DNA of 64,000 bases from Entomortierella parvispora E1425 (lineage: Eukaryota; Fungi; Mortierellomycota), in NCBI GenBank assembly GCA_020891255.1, contig BQFW01000008.1, forward strand, positions 930,001-994,000, written 5' to 3'. The notes under the pieces are model-generated. The model was given only the letters and a program-made list of their open reading frames with translations, was not told the DNA's origin and searched no databases. A program made the position numbers and the translations under genes. Each line of letters starts with the position of its first letter. The first letter of the stretch is position 1. Shown here in pieces: positions 57,411 to 64,000 of this stretch.

Positions 57411-58724
57411 ATGCCATCGACAACGTTATCCAAAAACCTATTTGTCTTTGACTTTGACTGGTAAAAACAATGCCCGATTTTTTTGTCTGTTCGTGCTCGC
57501 GAAGAATAAGCGACACTGACGCAATTACGCTGACCCTGACACAAAAAAAAAACAAATTGTAGGACCTTGATCGAAGCTGATTCGGATCATTGGGTCATGG
57601 AGAAGCTGGGCGGCCTTACAAGAGAGGAATTCGAGTCAACCTACAAAGACGTCCAGTGGACTGATCTCCAGTAAGTTCACTTTCACCCTGCAGGATGGAT
57701 GGATTTCGCGGAGGGAGAGAGGGATATTAAATAGCCCGATGTTAACTTGCGCTTGCTGTTTGTTCCAGGGACATGCTTCTTGGCCGTCTGTTTGATCGCG
57801 GAGTAACCAAGGCTCATTTGGAGGCTACCTTGAGAGAGATCCCAATGGTGAGTGAGAGTGAGTCTTCCCTTTCCAAAAGAAAAAAACCCTCATGTTTCCT
57901 ACTCCAGATAAGGAAGGGATGACCACGCCAGAAATCGATAAGGAGAGAGAGGGAGAGGATCGACTCAACCTGCTCTGATATGTCACCTAGATGCCAGAAA
58001 CGATTGCCGCACTCCAGCTCATGAAAGCCCAGGGATCGGACCTGGTGATCCTTTCTGATGCCAACACTTTTTACGTTGACACGATTCTCAAGGTAGGGTG
58101 TCCGAGGAAAAAAAAATTGAAATGCACGTTCAGGGGATCTCTGCGAGAACAGACGTGAACTCATTTTCTCTTTTTTTTTCTTAGGCACATGGGATCGATC
58201 ATTTGTTTTCAAAAATCATCACCAACCCTTCCCACTTTGACGAACAAGGCCGCCTTCGAGTAGCAAGGTTCCACGGACTGGACAAACCACCTCATGGCTG
58301 CCCCCGTCTCTGCGCTCCTAATCTCTGCAAAGGTCAAGAGTTTCAAAAGGTGATCGCCTCCCAACATTGGGAACAAATTGTCTACATGGGTGACTCGACC
58401 AACGACTTTTGCCCCTCCACAAGACTGCAAAGGTATTACTTTCACGCCAAAGAGGCAAAAGGATAGTTGCACCAGAGTGGATTTTGACCCATCCTTTTAC
58501 CCCTTTCGCTGTTTTCTAGCAATGGCATTGTTTTGGCTCGAGCAAACCTCCTCTTGGAAAAGGCGATCAGGGAACACCCCGATATGGTCAAGGCACAGGT
58601 CATTTATTGGTCCTCCCCCAAGGACGTTCTTGCTGCTACGCAAGCCATCTTTGATGTCCCATCTCCAAAGTCTCTAGTGACACCTGCACTTGCAGTGTCC
58701 GAGATTACTCAAAGTGTATATTAG
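57411..58724 (+). CDS. PHOSPHO2: HAD-family PHOSPHO1/PHOSPHO2-like phosphatase (pyridoxal-phosphate / phosphoethanolamine-phosphocholine), multi-exon
   Basis: Motif I LFVFDFDW|TLIEADSD, ILSDANTFYVDTIL, IITNPSHFD..GRL, CAPNLCKG, IVYMGDSTNDFCP. Confidence 0.88.
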
Positions 58725-58985
58725 AAAAAAGATCTCTTTATCAGATGCGGTAAATAAATGAAGGGTCTTTATTGTATTGTGTTTTCCCAAAATGCTACGA
58801 CGACTACACCAGTCAAAGCATGCTGATATCTGTCATGGCAGGATATATTCATCCATGACCTATTGTTGTGCGCGATAAGATCCAAGCAACATCCACACAT
58901 TGTTTGGTTAGGGAAAGCGCGACGCGGGAAATCAAAGATGCCTATAAAAAGAGGAGGTTCATATCAACGAGATTTCGAAATGGTA

Positions 58986-60896
<1,911 letters not shown>

Positions 60897-60976
60897 CTAG
60901 TCAAAGAGGCGAGGATGAGCGAGGAAGGGGAGGAAGGGAGGAAGGGAGTACGACAAGAAGGAAAGAAGAGAGGGTA

Positions 60977-61043
60977 AAGACAGAGAGTGAGAGTGAGAGA
61001 GAGAGAGAGTGAGAGAGAGAGTGAGAGAGAGTGAGAGAGAGAG
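60977..61043 (+). repeat. Imperfect (GA)n/GAGT tract in the 356-bp divergent WDR5/STE24 intergenic region
   Basis: Direct reading of the sequence. Confidence 0.8.
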
Positions 61044-61243
61044 GGATGCATGCATGCATGGACAGTCAGTCCGTCAGTCCGTCGACGGCTCTTCTCCCCA
61101 CTTACTCCCTCGGCGCAGACAGACACCCAGAGCCAAGCCACCGGCACTTGTGCCCCCTTCCTTCGTCCATTTTTGGTGCCTGTCCGTCGCTCGTCTGTTC
61201 TCTTCACGACGCCCATCCCTTGCATTCCATCCCGTCCTTCGTC

Positions 61244-62985
61244 ATGGGCTCCTCTCCTCTCGACTCGCTCCAGCATGCGGCGGCGGCTCTCCTCTCGAGG
61301 ACAGTTTCCGGCAATGGCCCATTCCCCTACAAGGAATCCGTGCTCGCATTCATGTACACCGTCTTCCTGTGGGAAGAGTATCTCAGGTAACGCCACTCAC
61401 ACGACCCTGCAGCTCGAAACTGAAAGATCGGGCCGCCTTCAGTGACTAACATAGCCTTCAACCTGTCCTTTTGGAAATCGGATCACTAGATATCGCCATT
61501 ACCGTAACCTTTGCTCCACAGTTCTGCCCAAGGCTCTCCGTGAACACGTCACGGAGGATCAGTTTAAGAAGGCACAGGCATATGGACGGGACAAGGCTCG
61601 CTTTGGCTTTGTAGAGTCGGTCTTTGGTCAGATCCAGAGCACCCTGACCCTCACCTTGAACTGGATGCCATGGCTTTGGGCTGTCTCTGGCGACGCAATG
61701 TTCAGACTCGCCGGCTATGGTCGCGAATACGAGGTACGAATAGGAGAAAGTATTCTTTGGCTGAAGCTATGGCCGTTGTTTATTCTTGTCAGTCCTAATC
61801 GCTGATCTCCTCTCGTCCTCGGATTGGCTGAATGAATTTGATAGATTACTCAATCCATCGTGTTCTTTGTGGCGCTCTCGGTGTCCTCGACGATCATCTC
61901 GCTTCCTTTTTCTCTCTACTCAACCTTTGTGATCGAGGAACGACATGGATTCAACAAGCAGACTCTCAGACTCTATATCACGGATATGATCAAGGGTCAT
62001 CTTGTCGGAGGAGCGATCGGCATCCCTTTTCTTGCAGGGTTCCTCAAGGTTATCAAGATCAGTGGCGATAACTTTTTCCTCTACGTTTGGCTGTTCATGT
62101 AGGTGCTTCTAGTACTGCCAAAAAACATTCATTCTTTGAGCAAAATTAACTCTAATTTATTCCTTTCACCTCGTTCAGGGTCGCCTTCCAGCTCATCATG
62201 GTCTCGGTCTTCCCTACATTCATTCAGCCCCTGTTCAACAAGTTTGATCCCCTGCCCGATGGCGAGCTTCGTACCATGATTGAGGCCCTGGCGAGCAGGA
62301 TCCATTTCCCTTTAACAAAGCTGTTTGTGATTGACGGAAGCAAGCGATCGGGACATTCCAACGCTTACTTTTATGGATTCTTCAAGAACAAGCGCATTGT
62401 CCTCTACGATACCCTCTTGGAGCACTCCAGCAATGACGAAACTTGCGCCGTACTTGGTACCGTACCGGCGACATTTGTTTTTAGATGGCATGCATTTCCA
62501 TGAAACTCGGAGCACTAACGTCGGATTTCTTGGTAATAGCTCACGAGCTCGGACATTGGGCGTGCAATCATACACTCAAGATGCTCGCCTTCAGTCAAGT
62601 GCAGATCTTTGCCACCTTCTATCTCTTCTCTCACTTTATCAACAACAAGGCCATGTACCAGTCGTTTGGATTCATGGACGCCACTCCAACTTTGATTGGT
62701 TTCCTGCTCTTCCAGTTTTTGTACTCTCCCGTGGACAGCGCCATGAGCTTCATCACTAACATGATCAGTCGTCGGTACGAGTTCCAGGCAGATGCTTTTG
62801 CCCGTAACCTCGGCTATGCCAGCTCGTTGGCCTCAGGCCTGATCAAGCTACAGCTCAAGAACTTGGGTACAATGAACCCAGATTGGCTCTTTTCTATGTA
62901 CCATCGATCACACCCAGAGTTGGTTGAGCGCCTCAATGCCATTAACCACCCTGGACTCGTTTCAAAGACAAAGAAGGCAGAATAG
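61244..62985 (+). CDS. STE24: CAAX prenyl protease 1 (zinc metalloprotease M48), multi-exon
   Basis: [79 protein letters not shown] in [30 protein letters not shown]. Confidence 0.96.
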
Positions 62986-63217
62986 ACATTCAATTTTCTA
63001 CTCATAAAACAAAATAGCCGCCCTCTAAAAAAAAAATGTGTGCCACTTTTATGACAATCTAAAGACAGCTACGTCTCCAGCATGAGTGTTCCTACAAGTA
63101 TCTGCATGGCATCCCTTGTAGAAGCCTCGTCGTCTCCCAATCCTTCAGATTATGGTTGCAATCCTGACATTCATTGCAGTTAATTTCTAATACTACAGAC
63201 GGTGCCTCTTTCCCTGT

Positions 63218-64000
63218 TTACTGCTGCTGAGGCTCCTTGGCAGACAATGCTTGGAAGGTCCCTAAAAACACGTCAACATGTTCAAAAACCAGAACACAGT
63301 CAGCAAGTGCAAAAACATGTCGTAGTTGAACACCATAGACGTCGACCAATCATCATAGGAAAGAAAAGGTAAAAAGAAATGGGCATACTCATGGAAATCT
63401 CGGTGAGGTGCTTCTCGGTACCGTCCTTGCCAGTGTAGGTGCGGTAGTGAATAGGTCCTTCCACAAAGACAAGGTCGCCCTTCTTGACGCGCTCAGCCAA
63501 GTATGGGTTCTTCTTCTGGTCCCAAGAGACAATTCTGTGCCATTGAGTGGTCTTGATCAAGTTGCCTAGGACAAGGAAAGTAGTTATATGACAAAAGGTC
63601 AGTTTTTCCGTACAAGGTTATCTGGCCAATAAGAAGCCCTTCGTTTTTGAGACAACATGTCCATGTGTGTTGGTTGAGGATCCTGTCAGCCTTGTTACCT
63701 TCGGCATCTTTGCGGTTCTCGGAAGTGGCAATAGAGAAATGTACGACAGAGCGCTCAGGACCTGCACTGTTGATTTCAGCATCCTGACCGACGCGTCCGA
63801 CGATCGTAGCCTTGTTCACTAGAGTTCCATGAAAAAACACCAAATCCAACGTCAGTCTTTTGCAACTTAAATGGAAAACTCTGTCAAGGGCTGTGCTCTG
63901 CTCTCTCTCCAGTATGCGTCGTGTTGTCAAAGATTATTCCTAGACAACTTCGTGTCAACCCTACCGAGAGTACGGACAGCACCGACAGAGGTCTATACCA
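63218..64000 (-). CDS. RIM1: Mitochondrial single-stranded DNA-binding protein, 5' end outside window
   Basis: VNKATIVGRVGQD, FSIATSE, TQWHRIVSW, VKKGDLVFVEGPIHYRTYTGKDG. The last exon RTFQALSAKEPQQQ* has its stop at 63218-63220. Confidence 0.9.

Noticed and set aside
55416-58724. Functional link between antizyme (inhibits PLP-dependent ODC) and the adjacent PHOSPHO-type phosphatase
   Set aside because: Only adjacency supports it; the phosphatase substrate is unknown and the gene has its own TATA-like element near 57087.

Overview
Gene-dense, intron-rich fungal genomic DNA (about 50% GC by eye, mostly short GT-AG introns, many poly-A/T tracts). The gene set (RAB3GAP2, roadblock light chain, SPAK/OSR1-type kinase, CSL factor, PHOSPHO phosphatase, PHD-containing ASH2) points to an early-diverging fungus, probably Mortierellaceae/Mucoromycota (inference). 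About 24 protein-coding genes were reconstructed by hand across introns: xylulokinase (5' partial), carotenoid oxygenase, EBP2, RAB3GAP2-like, CWC25, importin alpha, dynein roadblock, SPAK/OSR1-like kinase, ISC1, dehydrin-like protein, ASH2, VCX1, hotdog thioesterase, secreted crystallin-like protein, a capping-enzyme/IDR fusion, a Ser-rich orphan, CSL, SCC3, RPS27, ornithine decarboxylase antizyme, PHOSPHO phosphatase, WDR5, STE24 and mitochondrial SSB (5' partial). Two genes are not recognisable from the ORF track: roadblock, and a 4-exon antizyme needing a +1 ribosomal frameshift at UCC-UGA. The most unusual signals are (1) a motif-altered mRNA guanylyltransferase spliced in frame to about 1460 aa of Q/H/P/S-rich disordered sequence; (2) a SPAK/OSR1-like kinase that carries five RFx[V/I] docking motifs and a terminal coiled coil instead of a CCT domain; (3) a cluster of CSL-consensus sites, including a head-to-head paired site, upstream of the CSL gene itself. 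No tRNA, rRNA, transposon or CRISPR array is supportable. All calls come from motif recognition by eye; no database search was run.
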